Assembly: GCF_006345805.1 (NCBI RefSeq)
Contig: NC_042998.1
Coordinates: 146,816,001 to 146,880,000 of the forward strand
Direction of reading: 5' to 3'
From: Octopus sinensis
Lineage: Eukaryota
DNA length: 64,000 bases
In this document: positions 24,847-38,928 of the stretch, piece by piece
How positions within the stretch are numbered: the stretch's first letter is position 1
How the letters are laid out: each line of letters starts with the position of its first letter
Position numbers and translations under genes: made by a program
Notes under the pieces: model-generated
What the model was told of the DNA's origin: nothing
Database searches by the model: none
What the model saw: the letters and a program-made list of their open reading frames with translations, nothing else

Positions 24847-27800
24847 TTTATCATAAATGATACTAGTAGTCTGACTTCCATTTTTCTTTTGAGCCATAGC
24901 GCAGTTGACTTATATGAGTTACAGTATATAGTTTCCTTATCTTATTTTCTGAGTTTAAATTCATCTCTGGTAATAAAATAAATACTAGTAATACACTATG
25001 GTCAATTCAGAAGCCATGTTCTTCCTTCAGTTAAATGTGTACATATTCAAATGATGCAAAGATTGGTAGAAGTTAATGGTTATGTTAGTTGCCAGTCATC
25101 TCCTACTCTCCCTTGCCTCTCCCCACACAAATGTATGATAGGTCGCCTTCCCATTCCTTATCCACCAGTCACCATGGCACCCCTCAACATTACTCAATTC
25201 CTACAGTTGTCACCTACTCTTCCTTCTACTCTACCTTTCCCATCTATCCTTCAGCACTTGCTCTTTGTTCTTTTCACCTCCTCACTCATTCCACATCTCT
25301 CTCCCATACACTATTGCAATCTCTGCCCACCCACATTCTCTGTTCTTCTGTCTTCCACTCACTTCTACTTACCTCATGGCTTGAGAGTTCACTCAGACAC
25401 TTCATCACCACTATGTTTATCTCTTTCCAGCTCCATCCAGATCACTCATCCCTTCTTCTAAAATATGAGTAGTCATGTAACTCCTCTACAATAAGAAATC
25501 TTCTGGTCCCTTCCCTCATACATTAACCCTCATCTTCTAGCATAAAGCTACCTATCTCAGAGTTCATAGTCTTGCAAGCTGCATTGCTATCCAATACAGG
25601 ATGTAAAATGCATGGTATTAGGAAGGGCATCCACCCACAGAAATCATGCCAAAGCAGACATTGGAGCATTATGCAGTCCTTTCACCTGCCGGCCCTGCTG
25701 GATTGTTCAACCCATGCCAGCATGGAACTTTAAGTGATGATGATGATGATATGCTGTACTGTAAATGTTCAGTCACATAAAAGAGCCGGCCAGCTTTGAG
25801 TAACTGGTTGGTGCATGTTTGCTTCTGTTGTTTCATGCAGTCATGGGTTTGGATGGAAACTTATCGAGGCAATATTTCATGGCTGGATGTCCATCTTATT
25901 GCCAACCCATACCTCTTTTTCAAGTAAGGGTTTGTTTTTTTTATTCCACTTATCCTATATTTACAAAACACATAGCTTTGGGATGTATTGTTTATAAGAG
26001 ACCTGGATGTATGACAAGATCATTTTTATTTTTCTCAAATTGTGTCAAGTGAAAATGCACAGAATGTAAACAGTCACACACGCACATGCACCCACACACC
26101 CACACCCACACTCACAATGGGTTTCCATGCAGTTTATGTGTACTAATTCTGTAGTTTAGTCTAAGTCATTGGTTGGCCTGAGACTGTAGTAAAAGATACT
26201 TACCCAAAGTGCCATGCTGCAAGATAGAATCTAAAGTCACATGGTTATGAAGTGTATGCCACATAGTATCCACACAGCCATTTCCAGTGTCTATATATAG
26301 TAAAAGTAAAGTATTTCAAACTGAGATAATATTGAGATTTAATTAAAAGAAAATAACTTTAATTTGATATTTTGTACCATTTGACCATGATAAAGATCAA
26401 ATTATTGTAGGTATAGAGAATAATAAAAAAGAAAAAGAAGGAAAAACAGTTTTCAGTTTGTAAGGGAAGAGCCATTTATTTCTTTTGGTTTCCTCGAACT
26501 ATTGAGCTGTATAGGTGAAGAATGAAAAAGAGCAAATCATTGTAGGTTATAAAATATCACTCACAGTTGAAATCTAAAGTGCTGGCAGAGTTTACTATAT
26601 TTTAGACTCTTGGGAGCATAATTTGTAATGTCATGTCTTTATTCATAATTCCGTTAATCAGTTCACTTGTTCAAATAAAAACATTTCTGAACCTGACATC
26701 TATTTGGAAACATCCCATTATCATAAAACATAAATGAATTAATGTTTTTCATTAAGAAAATGCCATCTACCATTATTGCTGGTCTAAATTGTAAATGATA
26801 TGGTAAACTCATAACATAAAAATCTCTTAGGAAAATTCAGATGCTTATGTAACCTACCACCACCACCACCACCGCTGCCACCACCACCACCACCACCACC
26901 AGTCCACTTTTCCATGCTTGTATGGGTTGGCAAGAATTTGTTGAGGCTGATTTACTATGGCTAGATAACATTCTTGTTGTCAATCCTCCGGTTTCCAAGT
27001 AAAGTAATATTTACCTATGGCCAGACATGTTTTCATGGAAGATTGAAAACAAGAACACTGCTTACATGATAATGTCACTCTTTTACAACTATCATATGAT
27101 ACCAAGATAATTAAACACCGACACACACACACACCTGCATGCACGCACACACTCATGGCTTCTTTCAAATCTCTATCTACCAAATCTACTCACAAGGCTT
27201 TGGTCAGCCTGGGGCTATAATAGATGTCACTTACCTGTGCTTCCACACAGTGGGACTGAACATGAGACCATGTGATTGGTAACCAAGCTCGTCAACAATA
27301 CACCCACACCCTTAAAACCTTCATCACTATAATTTAGAAGGAAATGTTCCTGTATGCCTAATATAAGAAACTGCTGGAAGCTGCTAATGTTTTAAATCAA
27401 TTTGACTATTATTTTACTGATGCACATTTTATTTATCCTGAAAAAAAAGAAAAAGGAGTAAAGTTTGAAACATTAGCAAGATTTGTGCTCCAAGCTGTAC
27501 AATTGTGAATTGATATAACAAACCATGTTATCTCCTTTTTTGATTGGAGACAACTGCAGGCAGCCATCATCCAAAAACAAACATGTACCATGCTTTTGCT
27601 AATTGTTGTAGGTGCAGGCATGGATACTCCTTTGAATCTCACATCTTTTGATCCAGCAGCACATCAATGATGTACTGTTAGGTCAAAGCTGGAAGCAGAG
27701 AGAACTGCACCAGCACTCAGGTGCTATGAAAAGAGCTAAACCTTTAATTATTCTACATTTCTATTTCTCAGATTGCTTTTCCCTGACATGGCAAATAATT

Positions 27801-30122
27801 GGAACTCTTATTCCAGCATAGAGTTCTTAGCAATATAAAGGAGGTCACTCTCTCTCTTTAAGTATTCAGCAGAAACACTTGCTCAAAGACAATGCAAATT
27901 TTCCAATTTGAAAAATCAATTCCACATGTGCGAACATAGCAAAATGAAAATACATATACACACACACACACATACATAGTTACATACATTGAATATATTT
28001 TCATGAAATTGTATTTGAAATCAATGAAGGAAAATTTGAAGGAAACACTGAATTTGATGGTGTATAAATGGTAGCATATTTATCCAGTAATCAAAAGATA
28101 TATATTTTTCATTTTCAATTTTATTTTTTTTAAACTCAAATTGATGTTTACAAATGAATAGTGTTTATATTAAAATGTTATCCATTAAAATATTAAAATG
28201 TTCTCCATGTAAGAGACACACACATAAGTGCACACAATGATATATATGTATATTATGATACATATATGTATTATTATATATGTCATATATCATCAATATT
28301 TTATGTTTTTGTCATGCTTATATTGGTTTGTTGGGTCTTCTTTTGCATGATCTCCTGATGACAATCTTCCCCATGTCATCCTCAATTTTCATCTTTTATA
28401 AGATGTATGTATCTATGCAAACAGCCCACCCTGTCACCTTTTAACTCTATCACTTCTTTTTTCTCAGTAATCTGTGTCACTAATCCCTTCCATCTCCCCT
28501 TTTCCTTGCCATATTCCTCCTTGTCCTCTCTTTTTACTTTCCATTCTGTATCTCAAAATCATCTACAACTCAAAGGAGAGAGGGCTTAAATATGTCATAT
28601 TCATGAGAATATTAGTTAGGTAGTGATTGGCTGCATTAGTCAGTTCAAGTCAGAGGAATAGATTGATAAAATACAGATATCAGATTATTATACTTGTTAC
28701 CACATGATGGAAAGGACAGTCTTGTGTTGTCAAGAAGTTGGTAGCCAGTAGGATTTTAAACCTGAGTGCTGTTAATGATGTCAGATGCCGGTGGAGATGG
28801 GAGGAAGCTTTTCATGTTGCAAGGTAACTGGTGTGGTGGGTCAGGTCACAATTCATTTCATGTGTCATGCATAACTATGTGATGGAATTTTAACTGGATG
28901 CTGGTAAAAAATGATGATGGTGTGTAGAAGGGGAATAATTTCACTATGAGCAACCAGAGATTATATATTCTGCAACTGTGCAAGGGCCAGCTAATCTGGA
29001 ACTAAAGTAATCTTTTTGAGATATCAGAGAAAGAATAGTTAATTCATTTAATGTCTTATTTCGAAGTGCACTTCCTCTCACCGACCCTTACATAGTTTTT
29101 GATTTAGAGGAATTCAAAAGCACAGAGCTAGCAGACTATCCTTAATAAAAATCCCTTCATCTTTAAATTTAGTTTTCAAAGACACTTATCACTCCAAACA
29201 TGCATCCAAGGTCAACCCACCCTTATATAAACTGCAGACAATTAAATCTAACCCTAACTCATATTGGAGAAAACAAGAGGGGCTCCAGAAAGGTGCTTTG
29301 CGGCACTCATTACTGCATTCTTTTTCAACAAGCCACCTATTGGTTACCATTATTTAACTTTAAAATAATCAGAGAACCACATGTTCAGTGTTCTTGTTAG
29401 GCCAACTTTTTTCAGCTTGTGATAAAAGATGCCATGGGTAACTTTTGTTGCTGTTGTTAGGTCATCTTTGACTCTGTAAGACTTATGATGAAATACATTC
29501 CAGCTATGACTATCACATTTGTTTTAGACAGTGTGTTTAAGAGTACATTATCCTTTGTGTTCTTTTTTTAATTGGTAGAAAATGATTTGAGTGAAATTTG
29601 TCTACTGTTTCTAGCAGGTCCAACAAATCCGTGTTGGTTTACTTTGGTCTATGCCAGTTTTAGGTGTTTGTGACTGTTAATTAAGATAATGAACTCTTCC
29701 AAATCTGATTATACTCTTGAAATTATGTTTTCTAATTGTTTTGCATGTTAGTGTGGTAGTTCTCTCCGGAACAAAACATGCACAGGTTATTTTTGTAGGG
29801 TGATGGATTGGTTGAATGCCTTACAATATTGTTCTGCTTCTGTATGTTCTGAGTTCAAATCTTATTGCAGTCAACTTTGCTTTACATCCCTCCATAGTCA
29901 TAAAATACAGCATCAGTCAAATATAAGCTAGATATAACCAACTTCCCCTTAAAAATTGCTGGTATTGTGCTTAAGTTCAAACAATATGACTACATTTTGT
30001 CATTATAAAACATGTTTTTGAAATTCTTTGTGAGTTTAGTTTCACAGTATAATATTGTTTATAGAGTACTGAAGAGCATTTTTATCTTAAGCTTTATATG
30101 GTTTGGTAGTTATTGTGTAACT

Positions 30123-32518
30123 AGGCCATGGGCTAGTGGGGGTCATGGTGCATCCCTCCCCCTTGTGATTTACTTTAATGGGTATTTTCATGTAGTCCCA
30201 CAGTACTTTACTCACAAGGTTGTGAACTGCTATGTATTCACCTTTTTTGTCCTTTTGTTACCATACAGCACACATGTGAACCTCTCCAGTTCATTCATCA
30301 CCTCTTCGTTCATTTCCCAAGATCTCTCCTAACTTGGAGAATGCTTTCTGGAATGATTCATCTGTTTCAATGACTTTCAGTCCTTTCACTTTCCCCTTCC
30401 CTTTGAAGGCACTGGTACTATCGTACTCAGTGAAGGCATGATAACCCAGCAATGCAGAACAGAGAAGAGGTGTGGAAGACATAGCCAGCTTAGTCACATC
30501 GATACAGCATTGTGTATGCCCTTTCCAGTTTCAAACAATATTTGAAGTCCTTCTAGGAATCTTGCATGGTGAAGTAAGATGAAAAATATACCTCGATTGG
30601 GACTCCTCACAGGAACGGATTTGCATCCCTGTTCTTTGGTATACATGCAGTACAGGATCACACGAGTGTCAGCTTCTTCCTGTGAGATTCGAGAGAGTGT
30701 ATTTCTTGTTAGAATGTGTTCTGTCCATTCAATGTCAACTGGTGAGCTTTTCCTTCACATATCAGTATCACATCATGTCCAGTGAGAATGTCAGCAGATA
30801 CCTCACTCCTCCATGTTGAGAGCAAAAGCTGAATGAACTATGTCTTGTTCTCATCATTTGCAAGAAAGACTTTCCCGTATTTCGGACATTTTGTTTTCTC
30901 ACCACTCAGGATGAGTTTGTCTCCAACACCTTGTCTGTTTCATTCCATCTCTTTTAATAAGTCTTCTTTGTACATGTCAGTGCTAAATATGACAGGTGAC
31001 AGGTGAAGAGCAGATCCCAACGCCTTACAAGATATTTCCCTGAATGTTTGTGCAAGCAATGGAACACTGCATTTCCATCCTTTATGATGACGCTCTTTCT
31101 TGGATCAGGTAACTGTGCATCATCACATTCTTCCACAACATATTTTTGAAGCCTTTCCATTTGTCTGTTTTTGCTAAAAATCCGTCTGCCAATCCAATGC
31201 TGGATGGAACAGGCGTCAATGGGTATGTCAACAGTTTGTCAAGGTCAAGTTTCCAATCAATCTGTGCTTAAGACTTCACTAGTAAATGAAACACTATGTT
31301 TCCTTGCTGCTTGTACTCAACAGCTTTGTTTTGAGAAGTTGAGAGTCTTATGGACTTGGGCATGTGTGCCATGGTTTTCAAATTTGGGTGTTTAATAGGG
31401 TCAAAGAAGCTATCCTTCTTCATAAGTCTGTTTTCTATGAAGTCTTCCTTTGCTAGCCTACCATCAGTCTCAGCAGTGAGGATGTCCTTCACAACTTCCT
31501 CTGAAACCGGAGCACCAGATGATAGATTGTACAACTTTCCATCATCTGGGATGTTGAAAGAGTTGTTCACATACTTGATAACTGCAATGGTCCTTGAGAC
31601 AAGTTTCTCACTGGTTGCAATTTCACAAGTGTGAACATCCCGATGTTGCAGTCCTTTGTCTTCTTCACCAGACATTCCCACTAGACAAAATGTAGCCTGA
31701 AGGAATCTGGCTAATTTGTTATCTGACTTTGTCCATTTTTGATTTCTTAACGACCATGTATAACAAACTGCTATGGTGTAGGTAGGGTCAACTTTTGTTT
31801 ACTTTTGACTTCAACAACCTCTTTGATGAAAATATTTGCAGAATTTGATGTTTCATTTTGAAGATCAACTCAAATATCATCTTCTGTGGTCATTTGCAAT
31901 GATTCAAGGAAAGATTCCAAAGTACTACTTGCTAGTAGTACTTTGCTTTATTTCTATTTGACACATTCAGCAGTAAGTAGAAAACACTATGTAAAAGTGC
32001 AGAAATATCTTGCATTCCACAGAGAAAACACTACTTCTTTTCAATTTTTTTTGTACTTTTAGTATTAAAAGGCACATGTAAATCTTCTTGTTGATTAATT
32101 TTCAAAAGAAAAAAAAACGTTTTATGGTCTTGGTGATAAATAAAACCTGTCAATGCAAGATATTATTGGTAAAAGTCAAAGTTTGTGACCTTTTGACCTC
32201 TGGTGACCTTTTTATAAAATAAATTTGCTTGTTATTTGCATGAACTTGCAGATCTTGGCCAGACAATCATTTTAAGTGGTCATTTGAAATATTTGAAGTT
32301 AGAGCTATTTGAATTTTCCATACCCTTAATTTTCTGCCTCCAGCTGTAAAAGTGGGTGTGGTCAAAAAGTTCATGGTGGGTATCTTCCATCCCAGTTTTT
32401 CTGCTGGCAACATCAATTTTCTGACTTGTTAGACCCAGTGCTACATGAAAATACCCATTAAAATAAATCACTAGGGGAGAGGGGTGAACCGTGACCCGTC
32501 CCCACTAGCCCAAGGCCT
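30123..32518 (-). mobile_element. AcademX-type DNA transposon, internally deleted, pseudogenised XPG/FEN1-like ORF
   Basis: About 70-bp TIRs (T)AGGCCWTGGGCTAGTGGGG...; flanking AACT duplication. Minus-strand remnants YPLTPVPSSIGLADG, IIKDGNAVFH, VIFSTDMY, SQEEADTRVIL, GYHAFTEYDSTSAFKGKGK. Confidence 0.75.
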
Positions 32519-32609
32519 AAACTCTTTAGTGTTCTGATTACATTATGACAGAGTGGTACTGTATATCATTGTGTGTGTATATATATATATTTGTGTGTGA
32601 TATATATTG

Positions 32610-32664
<55 letters not shown>

Positions 32665-34214
32665 TGTGTGTATATATATGTATAGAGTGTGTGTATGTAT
32701 ATGTATATAATTTGTGCCTGTGTAGTACCCATGTGGTGCCACATAAAAGTGCCTGAGCAGTGCCATGTAAAAGCACCTAACACACTTTGTAAAGTGGTTG
32801 ACATTAGGAAGGGCATCTAGCCATAGAAACTATGCCAAATCAGACTGGGATCTAGTGCAGCTCCCCAGCTTGCCAGCTCTGGTCAAATTGTCTAACCCAT
32901 GCCAGTATGGACACTGGCCATTAAATGATGATGATGATAATGATTACTTTCTCAAATGTGATGTCTATTTATTCACATTGTTTTGAATTAATCATGCATT
33001 ATCTTGTAACTAAGACATTTTCATGATATGATTGCTTAGTTTTAGAAAGATATTGTAGGGTAGGTGTGAGAGACCAGATCTGGCTAGTTTTAGCCTAAAA
33101 CTGGTTGAATATTTAAGCCGGATATGGCTGGTTTGAATGCTAAAGAGCTATGGTACCGTACAGTGGGACTGAACCCAAAACCACTTGTTTGGGAAGCAAA
33201 CTTCTCAACCACACAGCCACAGGTATGTGGATCCATTACATTCTGTAATTTGAACATTTGCTTCGTTAATTTTGACAATGTAGTGCTTGTACAGACATCT
33301 GTGTAGTAGCTCTGTGCACTTGGGATTTTTACTGAGACTTTTAAAATTTTATTATAGTGTTATGTCTGTGGTTTTGAAGATCGTTATTAAAATTCTTCAC
33401 AGCATAAAAGTGGAGAATTTTAGTATCGTTTATGCAAATGAACAAGGAAAATTGTATGCCTATCAAATATCAAGTAATCAGAACTTAGAAGATTGTATAC
33501 TTAGAGATAAAAACATATTGATTTCTTTTTCAAAGTTTCCTGTGAATATCTTTTTCTTCCTTATGCTGTTGATTGGGAGTGGGAAAAGAAAACATGACTG
33601 GTCATTAATATATAAATACATGCACGCACAATACGCGTCCGCGCACACACACACACACACACATTTATATATAAAAAGCTGAATCAAAAATGTGCGATGA
33701 TAGATAATAGTTTTTTTTTCATTGTTTTCTGTTTTTTAACTAGCAAAAAGAAACAAAACAACAACCAAAAGTGTCTCAGTTAAAAGAGCTTTTAAGTAAA
33801 CAATATTATATATATATATATATATATTTTTGTCTCTAACCTATTTCTTTAGAATTGTTAAAAGAATCTGTATTTATTTTCCAACATACACTAATGGAAA
33901 AAAAATATTATTTCTAAAAATCAAAACTATAGGGAAGATATTTGATGTGTTGAGTTTCACTTGGCATTTTCTCTGTAAGTTCCTTATTGTTTATTTTATT
34001 TTATTTTATTTTAACCTGTCTTATTTTCTTTTGTCTTTTATAACAGTAAGTGGGTAGTTATTACAAATTTTTCACATCTACATCTGAATTTTCTGTAGCA
34101 GATTTTTTTTTTGTTTATTTTTAATAAGAGGTAGTTGCTTACTCAACACTGAAACAGCTATGATTTTTTTTTTCCAATTTAACTGAACTATGGCAATATT
34201 TTGTAAAACAAATA

Positions 34215-34535
34215 ATTAGGCTTGGGATGAAGTGGTGAGAAAGGATTTTCAGATGCTGGGCCTCACTGAGGAGATGACAAGAGACCGGGACTTTTGGTGA
34301 TTTGCTGTACTTGAGAAGACATGTCAAGCTAAGTAAAATTGTGGCCATCCATACATATAGGCATGTCCTTTGGAGGTGCTGGTGCCACATAAAATGCACT
34401 CGTGCTGGTGCCATGTAAAGTGCATATGTGTCGGTGCTATGTGAGTGTATCCATGCCAGTGGCTCATAAAAATTACCTAGCACACTCTGTAAAGTGGTAG
34501 GCCTTAGGAAGGGCATCCAGCCATAGACACCATGG
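34215..34535 (+). mobile_element. RTE LINE 3' end fragment
   Basis: WDEVVRKDFQMLGLTEEMTRDRDFW..AVLEK, then GGCACATAAAA-type UTR repeats; homologous to 43080-43530. Confidence 0.8.
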
Positions 34536-35720
34536 GTTAGTCTGGGGGAATTGGCTGTGGCCTTAGCCTTCTCCATATTCTTTGAGATGGATGAGACTGA
34601 TGTGATTAATGTTTTCTCTGAAGCTGTGTGCATAGTTTTTGCAGGCTCTCCCAATAAGGTTATGTTTGATTTAGAAGAAGGGACTGTAGTTTTGCAGGCC
34701 CTCTGAGGTAGGTGAAATTGATATGGTTAATACTTGGTCTGGATAATACCAAATTTCACAATTTGTGCCCTATAATAGCCACTTGCTACATGCAGTACTG
34801 TTGTCACCTCTCCAGCTTTGTGCCTTAGAAGATGTGTGGAGGTCTTTTACTTGAAAAGCAGCCAAAGGCTGGTGATTTGAAGGGCTTCCAGCTGTAAAAT
34901 AATGCCTTGAGTTCAACTGCACTTGGCCATGTCTCTTCTATTATGGCCCTGAGTCACCCAATACCTTGTGAGTGAATTTGGTATATAAAAGCTGTGTTGA
35001 AGCCTGTCAGGTGTATGTCTGTGTGTGTGTGTCCTCATCACTTGACAACTGGTGTTGGTTTGTTTACATCCCTTTAAATTAGCTGTTCAACACAAGGGAC
35101 TGAAAGAATAAGTACCAGACTTTTAAAAGAAATAAGTACGGATTTTAATTTGTTCAACTAAACCCTTCAAGGCAGTGCCCCAGTGTGGCTGCAGGCCAGA
35201 TTACTTAAACTAGTAAAAGATAAAAGGTACATAAATAATGAAATAATGACCAAACAGACCTTTATACCTGTGTGTGTTTATCTGTATGGATTTATTAATG
35301 CATATACTTGTGCTTGTTTTTCTAATCACCTTTCCTTTTACCATTGGTAGCATTTATTGATCTGATCCTAAGAAGCATCTAAAATCTTTATCACTTCTGT
35401 TTCCAGAACAGAAGTTTGTTCATTTTTCTTTTTCTTCTCTATTCAAAGGATTATTATCTTCATTTCAGATTTTATTCAGTGCAGAAATCATTACCTACTT
35501 TACTTAACTGGTTTTTTTTCTTTTTTTTCTTTGAGCAGAGAAATTTAGCATTATTTCTATGCCCACCTCTCCTAAAAACTAGACATACATAATGTTTGAT
35601 TTTTGTATATTGTCTTGTTATCTCTTTTATGTTTTTATATCACTTTTATGGCGTGGACTGGGAGGAAATACAGAACATACATTTGTATTTGTGCACATGC
35701 ATGTACTCTCTGTCTGTCTG

Positions 35721-35766
<46 letters not shown>

Positions 35767-36704
35767 CAGTGACCCAATCAATATTTATCTTTCTGAAAAG
35801 AATGTATGAGTGGAGCTATGTAGCAAATAGCAATTTCTTATCATCTTTTCTTGTTTGAGTGATGATGTCTTACAATTTTCTGTAATTTCACAGACATGAT
35901 GTAGTCCTTGTAGTCTATGCATGTGTGACACATGCTTGTGTGAGTGAATGTGTGTGTGTTAATTTATCTTCTGTCTTGAATGCTGGCCTCTTGGCTCATT
36001 AGTCATCTTACTGATTTAGACATATTCTGTGCATGCATGTGTGTGTGTATGTGTGTCTGTACATATATTTATCATCATTGTCATTTAACATCCATGTTCC
36101 ATGCTGACATGGGTTGGATGGGAACCAATTTGTCCAAGCACTGCATCAAGCTCCAATGTCAGTTTTGGCTTGGCTTCTATGATTGGATGCCCTTCCTAAT
36201 GCTAATGATTTTATAGCATGGACTGTGTGTTTTCATGCTAGCAACACTACTGAGGTTGCCATGCAGTTCACAAGATTACGGGCACTGGTGTAGGTAGGAG
36301 GTGGGGTCAGCTTCATGCTTGGAGATGATGGAGATTAACTATGAGAAAGGTTCAGCAGAGCAGGTTCCTGCAGAGGGCCCTGCATGGCTACTATGTAGAA
36401 AAAAAAAAGTGTTGTGGGGGAATGATCAGTGGGTGGTGCAAGACATAGATAATAGTGATAAGGTGCCCAGGTAATACCAGGAAGCATAAGCTGAGTAGAA
36501 GTGGATGGGTGGTTTGCAAGATTGTAAGGGAAAGTGAATGATGAAGAGAGCTGGCTGCCAAAATGGGTAGGGTTGAAGGAAGAATAAGACAAGAATTATG
36601 AGAGGGGATAATAGAGGGATTCTGAAGCATGGGATAGTGAATAGCAAGAGCAATAAAGAAGATACAGTTGCTGGTGGTAGTGGGATAAGAGAGAGGGAGG
36701 AAAG

Positions 36705-36935
36705 GCGGCAAGCTGGCAGAAACGTTAGCACACCAGGCGAAATGCTTAGCAGTATTTCGTCTGTCTTAATGTTCTAAGTTCAAATTCCGCCGAGGCTGTT
36801 TGCCTTTCATCCTTTCGGGGTTGATTAAATAAGTACCAGTTATGCACTGGGGTCGATATAATCGACTTAATCCATTTGTCTGTCCTTGTTTGTCCCCTCT
36901 GTGTGTAGCCCCTTGTGGGCAATAAAGAAATAAGA
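36705..36935 (+). mobile_element. tRNA-derived SINE family A, young copy (others 1-155, 23185, 23405, 24280, 24515, 48400, 48990(-), 51700)
   Basis: GCTGGCAGAAACGTTAG...GTTCAAATTCCGCCGAGG..TTTGCCTTTCATCCTTTCGGGG...AAGTACCAGT. Confidence 0.88.
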
Positions 36936-37627
36936 AATAAGAGAGAGGGAGGAGGAATATGTAGACATAGTGCATGAAGGGAGGGAGTCACTGTAACAGG
37001 TATAGAACTCAAAATATAGCACTTACAGAACTAAATTTTGCTGAAGAGAGCTAGTCTTTTTGAGAACCTCATACTGGCAGTTTTTGTATGAAAGTAAGTT
37101 TGTATCATAGAATTCAGATGAATTAGTATCAAAAGGATCAAAGAGGTCTGTACATGATTACGTAATCTGTTAAAACTAGAAGCCAGTCTTCTTTAACCAC
37201 GCATATTGGCTAGTGTAGTCATACCTATCCCTATAAAGACAAGATGATCACAGCTGGAGCATATTTGATCATAGGTCTACTCATTAAAGAATGATAATGG
37301 GTTAAACAAGAACATGTGCTCTGGCCCTTTTTGAAAAAGTTACCTATGATAGACTAAAATCATTTAAAGAAATATTTATCATTAGGTTCATGCTGCAGCA
37401 CTAAAGGCTTAAAACACTAGCTGAACATAACTTTGTGTGTGTGTGTGTGTGTGTGCACATGGTATATTTATTTATTTATTTATTTATATTGCTAGAAAAA
37501 TAGCTGAAGTTCCCAATGATACAAAAGAACTTGGTTGTGTATTGTCTTTTCTCATACAATATCTCATTAACTGGACCATGACTACATTGTCTAATATTGA
37601 ATGCTAGTGCTTATGTGTGAGCAAGTG

Positions 37628-37628
37628 A

Positions 37629-37682
<54 letters not shown>
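37628..37682. repeat. (GT)n(GA)n microsatellite; (GA)n also at about 38884-38922
   Basis: Direct reading. Confidence 0.97.
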
Positions 37683-37685
<3 letters not shown>

Positions 37686-38462
37686 GAGATACTAAACAAT
37701 GGTTGAGATTGAAATCAGTGGCTAAAATTACAAAGAATGTGTGAGAGTATTGTGTATAGAACTAACATGTTGATTCAGTGTTAATTACACACATTAAACC
37801 GTGATGCCAAATGGAAGAGAACTATAGCTGGTTACAAGCCTACTGTTGATATATAGGTCTGAATTAATGAGGTAGTGGCATGTCTGTGTAGTAAAGAAAT
37901 AGCCCTGAACTGGCCGACGCCTTGTGAGTGGATTTAGTACATGGAAATTGAAAGCTGATCACACACACACATACGTGTGTGACTTCTTTTCTTATGAATA
38001 TAATATGGACAGGCGTGGCTGTATGTTTAAGAAATTTGCTTCTCAACCATGTAGTTTCAGGTTCAGTTCTACTGTATGGCATCTTGGGTAAGTGTTCTTT
38101 ACTTTAGGTCCAGGCTGATCAAAGCCTTGTGAGTGGATTTGGTAGATGGAAGCTGAAAAAAGGCTGGTGTGTGTGTATATGCATATGCTTGTATCTCTTC
38201 AGTTTGACATCACATTATAGTCATAAATGAGTGTCACTATCATACAATTTGTGTCCTTCATTTCCACTCTACTTTGAAAATCTGTTTGGGATTACCTTCT
38301 TGGGAAACAAGTGATGGTTGCCAACAGGAATAGCATCCAGCAAGAGCAAATTTGTTTTGATGAACTCCATCCAACCTTTGCAAGCATGGAAAAGTAGACA
38401 TTAAAATGGTGATCTTATATATATATATATTATATATATAAAATATATATATATATATATAT

Positions 38463-38866
38463 AGGAGTGGCTGTGTGGTAAGTAGCTTGCTAACCAACCA
38501 CATGGTTCCGGGTTCAGTCCCACTGCGTGGCATCTTGGGCAAGTGTCTTCTGCTATAGCCCCGGGCTGACCAATGCCTTGTGAGTGGATTTGGTAGACGG
38601 AAACTGAAAGAAGCCTGTCGTATATATGTATATATATATATATATATGTGTGTGTTTGTGTGTCTGTGTTTGTCCCCCTAGCATCGCTTGACAACTGATG
38701 CTAGTGTGTTTACGTCCCCGTCACTTAGCGGTTCTGCAAAAAAGAGACCGATAGAATAAGTACTGGGCTTACAAAGAATAAGTCCCGGGGTCGAGTTGCT
38801 CGATTAAAGGCGGTGCTCCAGCATGGCCGCAGTCAAATGACTGAAACAAATAAAAGAGAAAAGAGA
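38463..38866 (+). mobile_element. tRNA-derived SINE family C (internal microsatellite), near-intact
   Basis: GGAGTGGCTGTGTGGTAAG...GGGTTCAGTCCC...CTTGGGCAAGTGTCTTC...(TA/TG)n...GACTGAAAC..(AAAAGAG)n. Confidence 0.9.
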
Positions 38867-38867
38867 A

Positions 38868-38928
<61 letters not shown>

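Noticed and set aside
25050-25560. Pyrimidine-rich ORFs here and at 36330-36730
   Set aside because: Low-complexity decayed repeat with no recognisable protein motif.
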